From Bacteroidota bacterium (GTDB taxonomy: Bacteria; Bacteroidota; Bacteroidia; Bacteroidales; VadinHA17): a DNA stretch of 64,000 nt. Location: assembly GCA_029564935.1 (NCBI GenBank), contig JAKQPD010000159.1, forward strand, positions 11,059 to 75,058, in the 5' to 3' direction. The notes beneath the pieces were generated by a model. It did no database searches, was not told the origin of the DNA, and was given only the letters and a program-made list of their open reading frames with translations. Position 1 is the first letter of the stretch. Each line of letters starts with the position of its first letter. The position numbers and the translations under genes were made by a program. This document shows, one piece after another, positions 30,967-42,481 of the stretch.

Positions 30967-32421
30967 ATGGATCTTGGCACAGTTTTAAATGGCATTGAAG
31001 TATTATCTTTCACCGGTAAAAGGAAGCGGGAAATAGAAAATATTGCTTTTGATTCCCGCAGGGTGACTGAAAATTCTCTGTTCGTTGCAGTCAGAGGGTC
31101 AAAGAGTGACGGGCATGAATTTATTGCCAGTGCAGTCAGTTCAGGTTCAACAGCGGTCATTTGTGAGAAATTACCAGAAAATCCTGCACAGAATGTTTCA
31201 TGGATTATTACAGGCGATTCTGCACGTGCCCTTGGCCAGGTCTCCTCAAATTTCTTCGGTAATCCATCCTCAGCGTTAAAGCTGACAGGGGTGACAGGGA
31301 CAAACGGTAAGACAACTATCGCCACCCTGCTTTACAGGTTATTTACAGGGCTTGGTTACAGATGCGGGCTTTTTTCAACTGTATGTAATTATATTGTTGA
31401 CAAAGAACTTGAGGCCACCCATACAACACCTGATCCTGTTCAGCTGAACAGTGTGATGAGAGAAATGGTTATAGCCGGATGTGATTTTGCCTTCATGGAG
31501 GTAAGTTCACATGCTTCTGATCAGAAACGTATAGCCGGGCTCGAATTTGCGGGAGGCATCTTCACAAATCTCACTCACGATCATCTCGATTATCATAAGA
31601 CCTTTGACAGGTATCTGGCCGCTAAGAAAAGCTGGTTCGATTCATTGCCTCCGGCTGCATTTGCACTTGTAAATGCCGATGACAGGAACGGAATGGTCAT
31701 GCTGCAGAATTGCAGTGCGCGTCACTTTACCTTTTCGGTCAGAGGGATGGCCGACTTCCGTTGCGGTATAATAGAGCAGAGCTTTCAGGGAATGGGCCTC
31801 AGGATAAACGGTGAAGAAGTCTGGACAAAGTTCATAGGCGATTTTAATGCTTCAAATCTTCTTGCAGTCTATTCTGCAGCTGTTCTCCTCGGGGCTGACA
31901 GCCGGGAAGTGCTGACCATCCTCAGTGAAATTACATCTGTTCCCGGAAGGCTTGAGGTGATACGTTCGCGCGGAGGAATAACGGGTATCGTTGATTATGC
32001 CCATACGCCTGATGCCCTTCTGAATGTTATCAGCACATTAAACAAGATACGTAAGGCAGATGTCAGCCTGATAACGGTTGTAGGAGCCGGGGGAGACCGC
32101 GACCGTACCAAAAGGCCAAAAATGGCGGCTATTTCTGCCGAAGGAAGCACAAGGTTAATACTCACCTCTGACAATCCGAGAACCGAAGATCCTGAAAAGA
32201 TCCTCGATGATATGGAAGAAGGTCTGACTGTTGACATGAGGAAAAGATCAGTCAGGATATGCGACCGGAGAGAAGCTATCAGAACTGCTGTCATGATTGC
32301 AGGTCCCGGGGATGTGATTCTTGTTGCCGGAAAGGGTCATGAGACTTACCAGGAGGTAAATGGCATAAAGCATCATTTTGATGACAGGGAAGAACTCAGA
32401 AAGGCACTTGCGGATAAATAA
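30967..32421 (+). CDS. murE: UDP-MurNAc-dipeptide--DAP ligase
   Basis: GVTGTNGKTT, MEVSSH, DHLDYH, DNPR, GKGHE. Confidence 0.96.
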   Translation: MDLGTVLNGIEVLSFTGKRKREIENIAFDSRRVTENSLFVAVRGSKSDGHEFIASAVSSGSTAVICEKLPENPAQNVSWIITGDSARALGQVSSNFFGNPSSALKLTGVTGTNGKTTIATLLYRLFTGLGYRCGLFSTVCNYIVDKELEATHTTPDPVQLNSVMREMVIAGCDFAFMEVSSHASDQKRIAGLEFAGGIFTNLTHDHLDYHKTFDRYLAAKKSWFDSLPPAAFALVNADDRNGMVMLQNCSARHFTFSVRGMADFRCGIIEQSFQGMGLRINGEEVWTKFIGDFNASNLLAVYSAAVLLGADSREVLTILSEITSVPGRLEVIRSRGGITGIVDYAHTPDALLNVISTLNKIRKADVSLITVVGAGGDRDRTKRPKMAAISAEGSTRLILTSDNPRTEDPEKILDDMEEGLTVDMRKRSVRICDRREAIRTAVMIAGPGDVILVAGKGHETYQEVNGIKHHFDDREELRKALADK

Positions 32422-32430
32422 TATTGAATA

Positions 32431-33687
32431 ATGCTGTACTATCTGTTTGAATATCTTGACAAACTTAATGTCCCCGGGGCAGGAGTTTTCAGTTATATCT
32501 CCTTCCGGTCGGCAGCAGCGGTAATAACTTCACTTTTCATTTCCCTGATGATAGGGAAAAGGATAATACAATTATTGCAGAAGAAGCAGGCAGGAGAGGT
32601 CGTAAGGGATCTCGGGCTGGAAGGACAATACCGCAAACAGGGAACACCGTCGATGGGGGGAATAATAATACTTGCATCAATAATAATTCCGACCCTGCTC
32701 TTTGCCAGGCTTGACAATATTTATGTGATAATAATGCTTATCACTACATTATGGCTCGGCCTGATTGGTTTTATAGATGATTATATCAAAATATACAGGA
32801 AGAACAAGGAAGGTCTGGCAGGCAGGTTCAAGATACTGGGACAGATAGTTCTTGGTCTGGTAATAGGTATTACACTGTGTTTCAGCGATGATGTAATGAT
32901 CACCGAAAGGATCAACCTTTCGGAGCTGACATCAGGTGAAAGAAGGGAACTGGCTGATTCTCCTGTTACCGTATCGCCCGAAAGAGAGGTAATAATGGAG
33001 AGAAAATCGACAAAAACCACAATACCTTTTGTTAAGAATAATGAATTCAATTATTCCTGGCTGGTGGCATTTATTAACAAGGATAAAAGGCAGGCATGGA
33101 CCTGGATAGTGTATATCCTGATAATTATTTTCGTTCTGACTGCTGTATCGAACGGCGCAAACATTACTGACGGACTTGATGGCCTGGCTACTGGAGTATC
33201 GGCAATAATCGGTACAGCCCTGGGTATTCTCGCATACGTATCCAGTAATATTATTTATGCCAATTATCTTAAAATAATGTTCATCCCCGGCTCTGAAGAG
33301 CTTGTGATCTTTGCCAGCGCATTTATAGGAGGGACTGTGGGATTCCTCTGGTACAACTCTTTCCCGGCACAGGTTTTCATGGGAGATACGGGTTCTCTGG
33401 CCCTGGGAGGAATTATCGCGGTATTTGCGATCGTCATACGGAAAGAGCTTCTTATCCCTGTATTGTGCGGGATCTTTCTTGCCGAAAATCTTTCGGTGGT
33501 ACTTCAGGTGTCATGGTTTAAGAGAACAAAAAGAAAATACGGGGAGGGCAGGAGGATATTTCTTATGGCCCCCCTTCATCATCATTATCAGAAAAAAGGA
33601 TATCCGGAACCGAAAATTGTCACACGGTTCTGGATAGTGGGATTAATACTGGCTGTTATCAGCATTGTAACGCTTAAGATCAGATAG
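32431..33687 (+). CDS. mraY: Phospho-MurNAc-pentapeptide transferase
   Basis: [35 protein letters not shown]. Confidence 0.96.
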   Translation: MLYYLFEYLDKLNVPGAGVFSYISFRSAAAVITSLFISLMIGKRIIQLLQKKQAGEVVRDLGLEGQYRKQGTPSMGGIIILASIIIPTLLFARLDNIYVIIMLITTLWLGLIGFIDDYIKIYRKNKEGLAGRFKILGQIVLGLVIGITLCFSDDVMITERINLSELTSGERRELADSPVTVSPEREVIMERKSTKTTIPFVKNNEFNYSWLVAFINKDKRQAWTWIVYILIIIFVLTAVSNGANITDGLDGLATGVSAIIGTALGILAYVSSNIIYANYLKIMFIPGSEELVIFASAFIGGTVGFLWYNSFPAQVFMGDTGSLALGGIIAVFAIVIRKELLIPVLCGIFLAENLSVVLQVSWFKRTKRKYGEGRRIFLMAPLHHHYQKKGYPEPKIVTRFWIVGLILAVISIVTLKIR

Positions 33688-33691
33688 TTGA

Positions 33692-35029
33692 ATGAAGAAG
33701 AAGATAGTAATTCTCGGTGCGGGTGAAAGTGGTACGGGTTCGGCTGTACTGGCTGTAAAAAACGGATTTGATGTATTTGTATCTGATTATGGAGAGATAA
33801 AGGAGAAATACCGTGAGATCCTGGACAAATATAATATAAGATGGGAGCAGGGCAGGCATACCGAAAGCGAAATACTCTCAGCTGATGAGGTTATCAAGAG
33901 TCCGGGGATAAAGGAAAACGCCCAGATAATAATTAAGATACGGGACAAGGGTATACCTGTTATTTCAGAAATTGAATTTGCCGGAAGATATGCAAAAGGG
34001 ACTAAGATATGTGTAACCGGGAGTAATGGTAAGACAACGGTTACCAACCTTATCTACCACATGCTTAAGAAAGCCGGCAGGAACGTTGCAATGACCGGAA
34101 ATGTGGGTAACAGTTTTGCCATGTCGGTAGCCCTCGGAGGTCATGATTATTATGTAATAGAGTTAAGCAGCTTTCAGCTTGATGACATGTTCGGATTCAA
34201 AGCCGATATAGCTATTCTGATGAATATAACCCCCGACCATCTCGACAGGTATGGATATGATTTCCAAAATTATATCGATTCCAAGTTCAGAATAACACGG
34301 AATCAGGGGAAACAGGATTTTTTTATTTACTGGGCTGATGATCCGGTTATACAAAAAGAGCTGGCAAAAAAAGAATTTATGATGACCCTCCTTCCTTTTT
34401 CCGATACGGTGAAGGAGAATATGACAGCTTACATTGAAGAGGACGATTTAATTATTGATTACCAAAATAAAACCAAGCTTATGACCATTCACGAACTGGC
34501 GCTTAAAGGACGTCATAACACCTACAATTCAATGGCTGCGGCTATTGCTGGTAAAGTGCTTAATATCCGTAAGGATGTGATCAGAGAGAGCCTCGCTGAT
34601 TTCCAGGGCGTGGAACACCGACTGGAGCCGGTAATAAAGGTGAGCGGTATAAATTTCATAAATGATTCAAAAGCAACCAATGTAAATTCAACATGGTATG
34701 CCCTTGAATGTATGGAGACTGACGTTGTATGGATCGCCGGAGGCGTTGACAAGGGAAACGATTATTCCGAGCTGTTCCAGGTTGTGAAGCAAAAGGTGAA
34801 GGCTGTGGTGTGCCTTGGTAAAGACAATAAAAAGATAATCGATTCTTTCCGGGATAAAGTCCCGACAATAGTTGAGACAATATCAATGGAAGAGGCCGTA
34901 CGGTCAGCCTACTACCTTGCCCGGAAAGGCGATACAGTATTACTATCCCCTGCATGTGCCAGTTTTGATCTTTTCATGAATTATGAGGACAGGGGGCGTC
35001 AGTTCAAAGCAGCTGTAAGGAATCTTTAA
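33692..35029 (+). CDS. murD: UDP-MurNAc-L-Ala--D-Glu ligase
   Basis: TGSNGKTT, ELSSFQL, NDSKATN, SPACASFD. Confidence 0.96.
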   Translation: MKKKIVILGAGESGTGSAVLAVKNGFDVFVSDYGEIKEKYREILDKYNIRWEQGRHTESEILSADEVIKSPGIKENAQIIIKIRDKGIPVISEIEFAGRYAKGTKICVTGSNGKTTVTNLIYHMLKKAGRNVAMTGNVGNSFAMSVALGGHDYYVIELSSFQLDDMFGFKADIAILMNITPDHLDRYGYDFQNYIDSKFRITRNQGKQDFFIYWADDPVIQKELAKKEFMMTLLPFSDTVKENMTAYIEEDDLIIDYQNKTKLMTIHELALKGRHNTYNSMAAAIAGKVLNIRKDVIRESLADFQGVEHRLEPVIKVSGINFINDSKATNVNSTWYALECMETDVVWIAGGVDKGNDYSELFQVVKQKVKAVVCLGKDNKKIIDSFRDKVPTIVETISMEEAVRSAYYLARKGDTVLLSPACASFDLFMNYEDRGRQFKAAVRNL

Positions 35030-35040
35030 ATATCAAGGTC

Positions 35041-36252
35041 ATGCAACAGGGATGGCTTACAAAAACGTTTAAAGGCGACAGGGCTATATGGGGACTTGTA
35101 GCCATTTTTATGGTCTATTCCCTCCTTGCCGTTTACAGCTCCTCGGTAAATGTGGCATTCAGGAACCATGGAGGTAACACGACATACTTCCTGAGAAGCC
35201 AGCTTATGATGCTTACGGCAGGACTTATAATCATTATTATCGTACATTATCTTCCTTACAGGATCTATTCCTCACTTGCAGGCATTGCCCTTATTGTTTC
35301 GGCCGGACTGCTGGTACTTACATTCTTCTTCGGGGTAAGGATCAATGATGCAACCCGCTGGCTTGAGATCCCTTTTATAGGATTCAGGATACAGACATCA
35401 GATATCGCCAAGGTAGCGCTTGTCATTTACCTCGCCAGAACACTTGCAAAATACCAGAACCAGCTTAAGGATTTCGTACTTGTAACAAAATTCTTCATGA
35501 TCCCGGTTTTTGCAATATGTGCTCTTATAATGCCGGAAAACCTTTCAACTGCAATCATGGTATTCGGTATATGCATTCTGATATTGTTCATAGGTGGAGT
35601 ACCCTTTAAATACCTGCTTGCATATATCGGATTATCAGTAGTTTTCATAGTGTTGTTCGCCCTTCTTTTATGGCTGATTAAGGAAGATAACAGGGTGATG
35701 ACCTGGATTGAGAGGCTTATAAGTTTCTTTACGGGGAAAGGTGATACAGGCGATAATTACCAGATCAACCAGGCTAAGATAGCCATTTCAACAGGCGGTC
35801 TGTTCGGTAAAGCACCGGGTCACAGCATTCAGAGAAACATGCTTCCCCAGTCAAATTCAGATTTCATTTTTGCAATAATTATTGAGGAATATGGCTTGCT
35901 CCTGGGGGCCATCCCACTCGTACTCGCATATATGATACTCCTTTTCAGAGGTATCACCATTGTAAGAAAATGCGACACTGCCTTTCCTGCTTACCTGGTA
36001 CTGGGGCTTGTTGTTATGATCGTTTCACAGGCAATGCTGAATATGATGGTTGCCACGGGAATTTTGCCTGTGACAGGACAGACACTTCCGCTTGTAAGCT
36101 GGGGAAGGACTTCCGTGATAATAATGTGTTTCTCGGTCGGTGTTATACTCAGCGTCAGCAGGGTGGTCAATGCACGGATGAAAAAGGAAGATCTCCCGGA
36201 GGAGGAACAGAAAGATGAAGGCGAAATAATTTATGGATCAGCAAAGGCATAA
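35041..36252 (+). CDS. ftsW: SEDS protein FtsW
   Basis: Multi-TM, ATRWL, DFIFAIIIEEYG, PVTGQTLP; position in the dcw cluster. Confidence 0.92.
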   Translation: MQQGWLTKTFKGDRAIWGLVAIFMVYSLLAVYSSSVNVAFRNHGGNTTYFLRSQLMMLTAGLIIIIIVHYLPYRIYSSLAGIALIVSAGLLVLTFFFGVRINDATRWLEIPFIGFRIQTSDIAKVALVIYLARTLAKYQNQLKDFVLVTKFFMIPVFAICALIMPENLSTAIMVFGICILILFIGGVPFKYLLAYIGLSVVFIVLFALLLWLIKEDNRVMTWIERLISFFTGKGDTGDNYQINQAKIAISTGGLFGKAPGHSIQRNMLPQSNSDFIFAIIIEEYGLLLGAIPLVLAYMILLFRGITIVRKCDTAFPAYLVLGLVVMIVSQAMLNMMVATGILPVTGQTLPLVSWGRTSVIIMCFSVGVILSVSRVVNARMKKEDLPEEEQKDEGEIIYGSAKA

Positions 36253-37345
36253 AAGGATTATCATCAGCGGCGGAGGTACCGGAGGACATATATTTCCGGC
36301 TATTTCGATCGCAAATGCTCTCAGGAAGAAAGATCCGGGGATCGATATCCTTTTTGTCGGAGCCGAGGGCCGGATGGAAATGGAAAAGGTGCCGGACGCA
36401 GGCTATAAGATCAGGGGACTTCCGGTAGCCGGTTTTTACCGCAGTTTCACCTTAAGGAATATTACAGTATTGTTCAGGCTTATCAGAAGCCTTTCGGCTG
36501 CAAGGAAGATCTTAAAGGAATTCCGGCCCGATGCCGCCGTCGGCGTCGGCGGTTATGCAAGCGGTCCGATACTCAGACAGGCAGGAAAGATGGGAATACC
36601 AACACTTATCCAGGAACAGAACAGCTATGCCGGAATAACAAACAGGTTGCTTGCAAAAAGAGCATCGGTTATATGTGTTGCTTATGAGGGAATGGAGAAA
36701 TATTTCCCGGCTGAAAAAATAAAAATTACAGGTAATCCTGTTCGTCATACATATGACAATACAGATAACCTGAAGGATGAGGCCCTGGCTTATTTCGGCC
36801 TGAAGTCCGGAAAACCTGTAATACTTGTCCTGGGAGGTTCTCTCGGGGCAGGCACCATAAACAACAGCCTGAGCATGAATCTTGACAAGGTTACGGGTTC
36901 TGATATCCAATGGATTTGGCAGACCGGCAAACACTATTATGAGAGTGTCAGTAAGGCAATCTCAGGTTTATCCACCGACAACATTTCAGTTCACGGTTTC
37001 ATCGACAGAATGGATTATGCCTTTGCAGCTGCGGATATTATTGTCTCCAGGGCCGGAGCAGGTACAATTTCTGAATTATGCCTTGCAGGGAAACCTGTGA
37101 TTCTGGTCCCCTCACCGAATGTCGCTGAAGACCACCAGACGAGGAACGCCCGGGCACTTTCAGACAGGGAAGCCGCCATCCTCGTTGAGGACAGAAAGGC
37201 GCTGGAAATACTTGCAGATGTTGCAATCGGCCTTGTAACGGATAATTCCAGAAGAACAATGCTTTCAGAGAATATAAAAAAGATGGCTTTGCGCGATGCT
37301 GATATTAAAATAGCTGAAGAAGTCCTGAAACTTACTGAAAAATGA
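36233..37345 (+). CDS. murG: Lipid I N-acetylglucosaminyltransferase
   Basis: GGGTGGHIFPA, QEQN, GGSLGA, DHQTRNA. Confidence 0.96.
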   Translation: MDQQRHKRIIISGGGTGGHIFPAISIANALRKKDPGIDILFVGAEGRMEMEKVPDAGYKIRGLPVAGFYRSFTLRNITVLFRLIRSLSAARKILKEFRPDAAVGVGGYASGPILRQAGKMGIPTLIQEQNSYAGITNRLLAKRASVICVAYEGMEKYFPAEKIKITGNPVRHTYDNTDNLKDEALAYFGLKSGKPVILVLGGSLGAGTINNSLSMNLDKVTGSDIQWIWQTGKHYYESVSKAISGLSTDNISVHGFIDRMDYAFAAADIIVSRAGAGTISELCLAGKPVILVPSPNVAEDHQTRNARALSDREAAILVEDRKALEILADVAIGLVTDNSRRTMLSENIKKMALRDADIKIAEEVLKLTEK

Positions 37346-38736
37346 TCGATCTGAGTAACATACAGGGGATTTATTTTGTCGGTATCGGTGGTATCGGAAT
37401 GAGCGCTATTGCCTTATACTTCAGGAATTCAGGATATGCAGTTGCGGGTTACGACAGGTCCGAAAGCAGTGTCACCAGAAATCTTACTGCTGAAGGATGC
37501 GAAATAACATTTGATGATGACGAGACCGGGCTGCCTGTTCTTTTCAGGGATATTACCCGTAAAGATAATATCCTGGTCATTTATACACCTGCAATACCTC
37601 CGGATAGCAGGATCCTCAGGTTTTTCAGGAATAACGGATATACGATATTAAAAAGAGCTCAGGTACTGGGAGCAATATCTTCAGATACTGATACAATTGC
37701 AGTTGCGGGGACACACGGGAAAACTACAATTTCAACGATGACAGCCCATATACTGAAACAGTCTCATGTCGACTGTTCCGCCTTCCTGGGAGGAATTTCG
37801 GTGAATTATTCAACAAACCTGCTTCTTGGGAAGGGGCGGTTCACAGTAATGGAAGCCGATGAATTTGACAGGTCATTTCACCACCTGACACCGCTGATGG
37901 CAGTCATATCCGCAGTTGATGCCGATCATCTTGATATTTACGGCGATCATGAAACAATGATCGGGGCTTACAATATTTTCTGCAGCAAGATCCGGAAAGA
38001 TGGCATCCTGATACTTAATAACAGAATAAAGGACAGGATAAGATGTCCTGAGAATGTAAAATGCTTTACTTACGGAAGTGACCCCGGATCGGATTACAGG
38101 AATTTCAAAATTGAACGCAGGGAAGAATCTTATTTTTTCAGTCTGGAAACTCCCAATGGTGTAGTTAAGGATCTCAGGTTCCCTTTCCCGGGGATAATAA
38201 ACATAGATAATCTCACTGCTGCAATAGCGATTGCGCTCAATTGCGAAGTAACTGAGGAGGAAATTCGTAATTCAATTACCCTTTTCAGGGGTGTGAAACG
38301 CAGATTTGAAATCAGAGTCAATCTGCCCGGACTTACATATATCGATGATTATGCTCATCATCCCGAGGAAATAAGAGCGTGCGTCAGATCTGTACGCGAA
38401 TATTTCTCAGGAAGAAAGGTAACCGGGATCTTTCAGCCTCATCTGTTCTCAAGAACACGTGATCATGCTGACGGATTTGCACAAATACTCGATGAACTTG
38501 ACGAAGTGATCCTTCTTCCGATCTATCCTGCAAGGGAAAAGCCGATAAGCGGGATATCATCAGAGCTCATTCTCGGCAAGATGAAGCTGAAGAACAGGAA
38601 GCTTTTGAAGATGGAAGAGATCCTTCCATGGCTTGATCCGGGGAAAATAGATGTATTGGTAACAATAGGGGCCGGAGATATTGATAAGCTTGTCGGACCG
38701 ATTGAAGAAAAACTGAAAGCGAAAGCAGGTAAATGA
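37342..38736 (+). CDS. murC: UDP-MurNAc--L-Ala ligase
   Basis: GIGGIGMS, GTHGKTT, EADEFD, DDYAHHP, FQPHLFSRT. Confidence 0.96.
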   Translation: MIDLSNIQGIYFVGIGGIGMSAIALYFRNSGYAVAGYDRSESSVTRNLTAEGCEITFDDDETGLPVLFRDITRKDNILVIYTPAIPPDSRILRFFRNNGYTILKRAQVLGAISSDTDTIAVAGTHGKTTISTMTAHILKQSHVDCSAFLGGISVNYSTNLLLGKGRFTVMEADEFDRSFHHLTPLMAVISAVDADHLDIYGDHETMIGAYNIFCSKIRKDGILILNNRIKDRIRCPENVKCFTYGSDPGSDYRNFKIERREESYFFSLETPNGVVKDLRFPFPGIINIDNLTAAIAIALNCEVTEEEIRNSITLFRGVKRRFEIRVNLPGLTYIDDYAHHPEEIRACVRSVREYFSGRKVTGIFQPHLFSRTRDHADGFAQILDELDEVILLPIYPAREKPISGISSELILGKMKLKNRKLLKMEEILPWLDPGKIDVLVTIGAGDIDKLVGPIEEKLKAKAGK

Positions 38737-39509
38737 AAAAGTTAGTAAGAATACTTTTGATAATACCTTTATTATATATACTGATAATGCCGGTATGGCT
38801 TTCATCCTACTATGGATCGCGGCCATGCAGCGGAATTTCAATAAGTATCGACGATTCAACTGAATATCATTTTGTGACAAAAAGACAGCTTCTTAACCTT
38901 GTTCGCGGGACCGGATCAGGCTTGCTTGGCCGCCCTGTCAGCAGCCTTTCTCTGAACGAAATTGAAAACAGGGTAGCTAACCTGAGGGAATTAAAAGTGG
39001 CTGAAGTATATCTTACAATAGACGGTGTACTTAATGTTCTTGCTGATCAGAGAGATCCGGTGATGAGGGTGATACCCGACAGCGGCGGAGATTTTTTTAT
39101 TGATGACGAAGGCGTCCTTATAAGAAGAAAAAACCTTTATACACCAAGACTTCACGTAGTTGGTGGAGATATTACAATCAGCCAGGCAATGCTGAACGGG
39201 GTGAGTATTCTGGACACCAGTATCAGAATCACAATCCTGAGGGATGTATACAATTTTGTAAAATATATTTCAGGCGATGATTTCTGGTCGGCACAGATAG
39301 ACCAGATTTATGTTGACAGCCGCTCGGAGATCGACCTTATTCCAAGGGTAGGCAACCATCAGATACACCTCGGAACCTTTGAGAATTATGAAAACAAGCT
39401 GAGGAATCTTTCGGCTTTTTATGATAAAGTCCTTCCTGAAGTCGGCTGGAATAAGTATTCCGTATTAAACCTTGAATTCAGGGATCAGATCGTATGCAAA
39501 AGGCGATGA
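38733..39509 (+). CDS. ftsQ: Cell division protein FtsQ
   Basis: Single N-terminal TM; position between murC and ftsA; C-terminal NLEFRDQIVC. Confidence 0.8.
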   Translation: MKKLVRILLIIPLLYILIMPVWLSSYYGSRPCSGISISIDDSTEYHFVTKRQLLNLVRGTGSGLLGRPVSSLSLNEIENRVANLRELKVAEVYLTIDGVLNVLADQRDPVMRVIPDSGGDFFIDDEGVLIRRKNLYTPRLHVVGGDITISQAMLNGVSILDTSIRITILRDVYNFVKYISGDDFWSAQIDQIYVDSRSEIDLIPRVGNHQIHLGTFENYENKLRNLSAFYDKVLPEVGWNKYSVLNLEFRDQIVCKRR

Positions 39510-40876
39510 AAACTAAAACTAACAATATGAGCAGCAGAGAACAGTTCGTAGCAGCTATCGATATCGGAACAACAAAAATTGTTTCGATAGTCGGTAAGAA
39601 AAATGAGAATGGGAAGATTGAAATTCTCGGATTGAGCAAAGCCCTTTCAAAAGGCGTCAAGAGAGGTGTTGTGATAAATATTGAAGATACTGTCACGGCA
39701 ATACAGACGACAGTCGACGATGTACAAAAACGGTCGGGGATAAAATTCTCTGAAGTATTTGTGGGGATTGCCGGTCAGCATATAAAAAGTATGAAGAGCC
39801 GTGGTTATATAATGCGTGACTCATACGAGGATGAAATAAAAAAAGACGAAGTGTTCAGGCTCATTGAGGACATGCACAAGATACACATAGATATAGGGGA
39901 GGAGATCATTCATGTAATTCCCCAGAATTTTATTGTGGATAATGAAACCGGTCTGAAGAGTCCTATAGGGATCTGCGGAAGAAGACTTGAAGCCAATTTC
40001 CATATTGTAATTGGTCATGTTGCAGCTGCAAAGAATATTGAAAAGTGCATAAGGAGAGCCAACCTTAGCGTCAAAGATCTTATTCTTGAGCCTCTGGCTT
40101 CTGCTGACGCTGTTCTGACCGAAGACGAAAAGGAAGCCGGTGTGGTTCTTGTGGATATTGGCGGCGGTACTACTGACCTTGCAGTTTATTATGATAATAT
40201 AATCAGGCATACTGCCGTGATCCCGCTCGGGGGGAATGTTGTGACGAATGATATCAAGGAGGGATGTGCTATACTCCAGAGGCATGCTGAACAATTAAAG
40301 ATCCAGTATGGTTCGGCACTCGGTGAAATAGCTCCTGAGGATAAAGTAGTGGCTATTCCCGGTATCAGCGGAAGAACGCCAAAGGAAATCTCTTTCAGGA
40401 ACCTCGCATATATAATCCAGTCGAGGATGGAAGAGATAATCGATTTTATCAATTTCGAGATACAGAACTCGGGATATGGCGATAAGCTGGCTGCAGGGAT
40501 TGTCATAACAGGAGGAGGAGCAATGCTGAAGCATCTTTCCCAGCTGATGAAATTCAAGACAGCCATGGATGTAAGGATCGGGTATCCGAATGAACATCTG
40601 ACAGGCCCGGGCAGGAATGAGATCAATCAGCCTATGTATGCTACAAGTGTAGGGCTGATAATGAGGGGATTTGATTATCTGGAAACATATAAGAGACCAT
40701 TTAATGCTGCTCCTGCGGATGATTTTGTTGAAAAGCCTGCTGAAGTGTATGAACATGCTGAGGTGACAGATGACGGCCAGGCTGATACGGTCAGGGAGCC
40801 GAAGACTTCCCTTACTGAAAAGATAAAGATAATTATGCAGAAGATGTTTGAAGTTGAGGATAACTCAATAAACTGA
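39506..40876 (+). CDS. ftsA: Cell division protein FtsA
   Basis: AIDIGTTKI, VDIGGGTTD, ITGGG; ATGA overlap with the ftsQ stop. Confidence 0.95.
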   Translation: MKTKTNNMSSREQFVAAIDIGTTKIVSIVGKKNENGKIEILGLSKALSKGVKRGVVINIEDTVTAIQTTVDDVQKRSGIKFSEVFVGIAGQHIKSMKSRGYIMRDSYEDEIKKDEVFRLIEDMHKIHIDIGEEIIHVIPQNFIVDNETGLKSPIGICGRRLEANFHIVIGHVAAAKNIEKCIRRANLSVKDLILEPLASADAVLTEDEKEAGVVLVDIGGGTTDLAVYYDNIIRHTAVIPLGGNVVTNDIKEGCAILQRHAEQLKIQYGSALGEIAPEDKVVAIPGISGRTPKEISFRNLAYIIQSRMEEIIDFINFEIQNSGYGDKLAAGIVITGGGAMLKHLSQLMKFKTAMDVRIGYPNEHLTGPGRNEINQPMYATSVGLIMRGFDYLETYKRPFNAAPADDFVEKPAEVYEHAEVTDDGQADTVREPKTSLTEKIKIIMQKMFEVEDNSIN

Positions 40877-40938
40877 AATTTTTATTCCTGAAGTGTAAAT
40901 AAATCAAGGCCGTGGGAAAAACTACTATTCTTAACGAA

Positions 40939-42423
40939 ATGTCTGACGATCTGATGAATTTCGACCTTCCGGTTGAAAAGTCATCAATAATAAAGGTCGT
41001 TGGTGTAGGCGGTGGCGGAGTCAATGCAGTAAATCACATGTTTGAAAAAGGAATTAAGGATGTGAACTTCATTGTATGCAATACTGACCGTCAGTCGCTG
41101 GATATAAGTCCCGTGCCGGTTAAGATCCAGCTCGGTGCATCACTTACCGAAGGCATGGGTGCGGGAAGCCAGCCCGAAAAAGGAAGGAAAGCTGCCGAGG
41201 AAAACATCGGCGATGTGATGAAAGCTGTTTCAGGAAATACAAGAATGGTATTCCTGACGACCGGGATGGGTGGTGGTACAGGAACAGGAGCTATTCCCGT
41301 TATTGCAAAAGCATGTAAGGAAGCCGGATTGCTCACGATTGCAGTGGTAACGATCCCTTTCAAATCGGAAGGTAAGGTCAAAATAGGTTATGCAATAGAC
41401 GGGATCGCCGAACTGAAGGATCATGTCGATTCACTGCTGGTGATCAACAATGAAAAGCTACGGGAAATGCACGGTAACCTTGGCGTTTCGTCAGCATTCT
41501 CAAAAGCCGATGACGTTCTTACTACGGCTGTAAAAGGTATTGCTGAGATAATTACGGTAACAGGCTATATAAACGTCGACTTTGCCGACGTTGAAACAGT
41601 AATGAAAAATTCGGGTGTCGCTGTCATGGGTATGGGAATTGCAGCAGGGGAGAACAGGGCTGTCTGCGCTATTGAGAATGCACTTGCATCTCCCTTGCTT
41701 AATTCCAATGACATAACCGGCGCAAAAAGTATCCTCATAAATATTTCGTCGGGTACAGGTGAACACGAGCTTACAATGGACGAACTGGGGGATATCACCG
41801 ACTATATGTATGCAACAGCTTCGGATGATGCATTGATAATCAGGGGACTTTCGTCAGATCCGACCCTTGGCGAAAATCTAAGCATCATAGTCATTGCGAC
41901 AGGCTTTGAGGCCGCCAGCCTTATACAGCCCGTCAAAGCCAGAAAGGCTAAAACAGTTGAGATGCTCAGCGGGACCGACTATGTTCCCCCTCCCCACCTT
42001 ATCCCCGATAAAAATGAAGAAAGCTTCAATGTTCACCAGAAAAAACATACTTCAATAATTTCCGATGCAGGCGATGATTACCAGGGAGTTCTTGACTTCA
42101 ACATTGAAAGTATAAACAAAAAACCCGGTCTTAACAGGGATACTGACAATGATGAGAACGGGCAGAAAGATCCGGAACTAAAGCTTAAAAGGGTAAAGCA
42201 CATGCAGAAGATGATGGAGAAGGAGGGAATCTCCAGTAAGACAATGAATGAGAATATTGAAGCTTTTGAGGATGTCCCGGCATATATAAGAAGAAACAGA
42301 CCTCTTCCGTCGCACGACAATAATTCCGACAATAAGCCTTCAACATTCACCCTTACTTCGGATGATAATGACGGCGTGTTCTTCAGGAATGATAATGCAT
42401 ACCTGAATGATAATATAGATTAA
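40939..42423 (+). CDS. ftsZ: Cell division protein FtsZ
   Basis: GVGGGGVNAV, GMGGGTGTG, NVDFADV, C-terminal VPAYIRR...NAYLNDNID. Confidence 0.97.
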   Translation: MSDDLMNFDLPVEKSSIIKVVGVGGGGVNAVNHMFEKGIKDVNFIVCNTDRQSLDISPVPVKIQLGASLTEGMGAGSQPEKGRKAAEENIGDVMKAVSGNTRMVFLTTGMGGGTGTGAIPVIAKACKEAGLLTIAVVTIPFKSEGKVKIGYAIDGIAELKDHVDSLLVINNEKLREMHGNLGVSSAFSKADDVLTTAVKGIAEIITVTGYINVDFADVETVMKNSGVAVMGMGIAAGENRAVCAIENALASPLLNSNDITGAKSILINISSGTGEHELTMDELGDITDYMYATASDDALIIRGLSSDPTLGENLSIIVIATGFEAASLIQPVKARKAKTVEMLSGTDYVPPPHLIPDKNEESFNVHQKKHTSIISDAGDDYQGVLDFNIESINKKPGLNRDTDNDENGQKDPELKLKRVKHMQKMMEKEGISSKTMNENIEAFEDVPAYIRRNRPLPSHDNNSDNKPSTFTLTSDDNDGVFFRNDNAYLNDNID

Positions 42424-42481
42424 AAGTAAAGAGCAGTTACAGGAAAGTCCAATTATCTGCATATTTCCTATATTTGCGCAG

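Noticed and set aside
27125-42423. Absence of murF and ddl from the dcw cluster
   Set aside because: Normal gene order for Bacteroidota.
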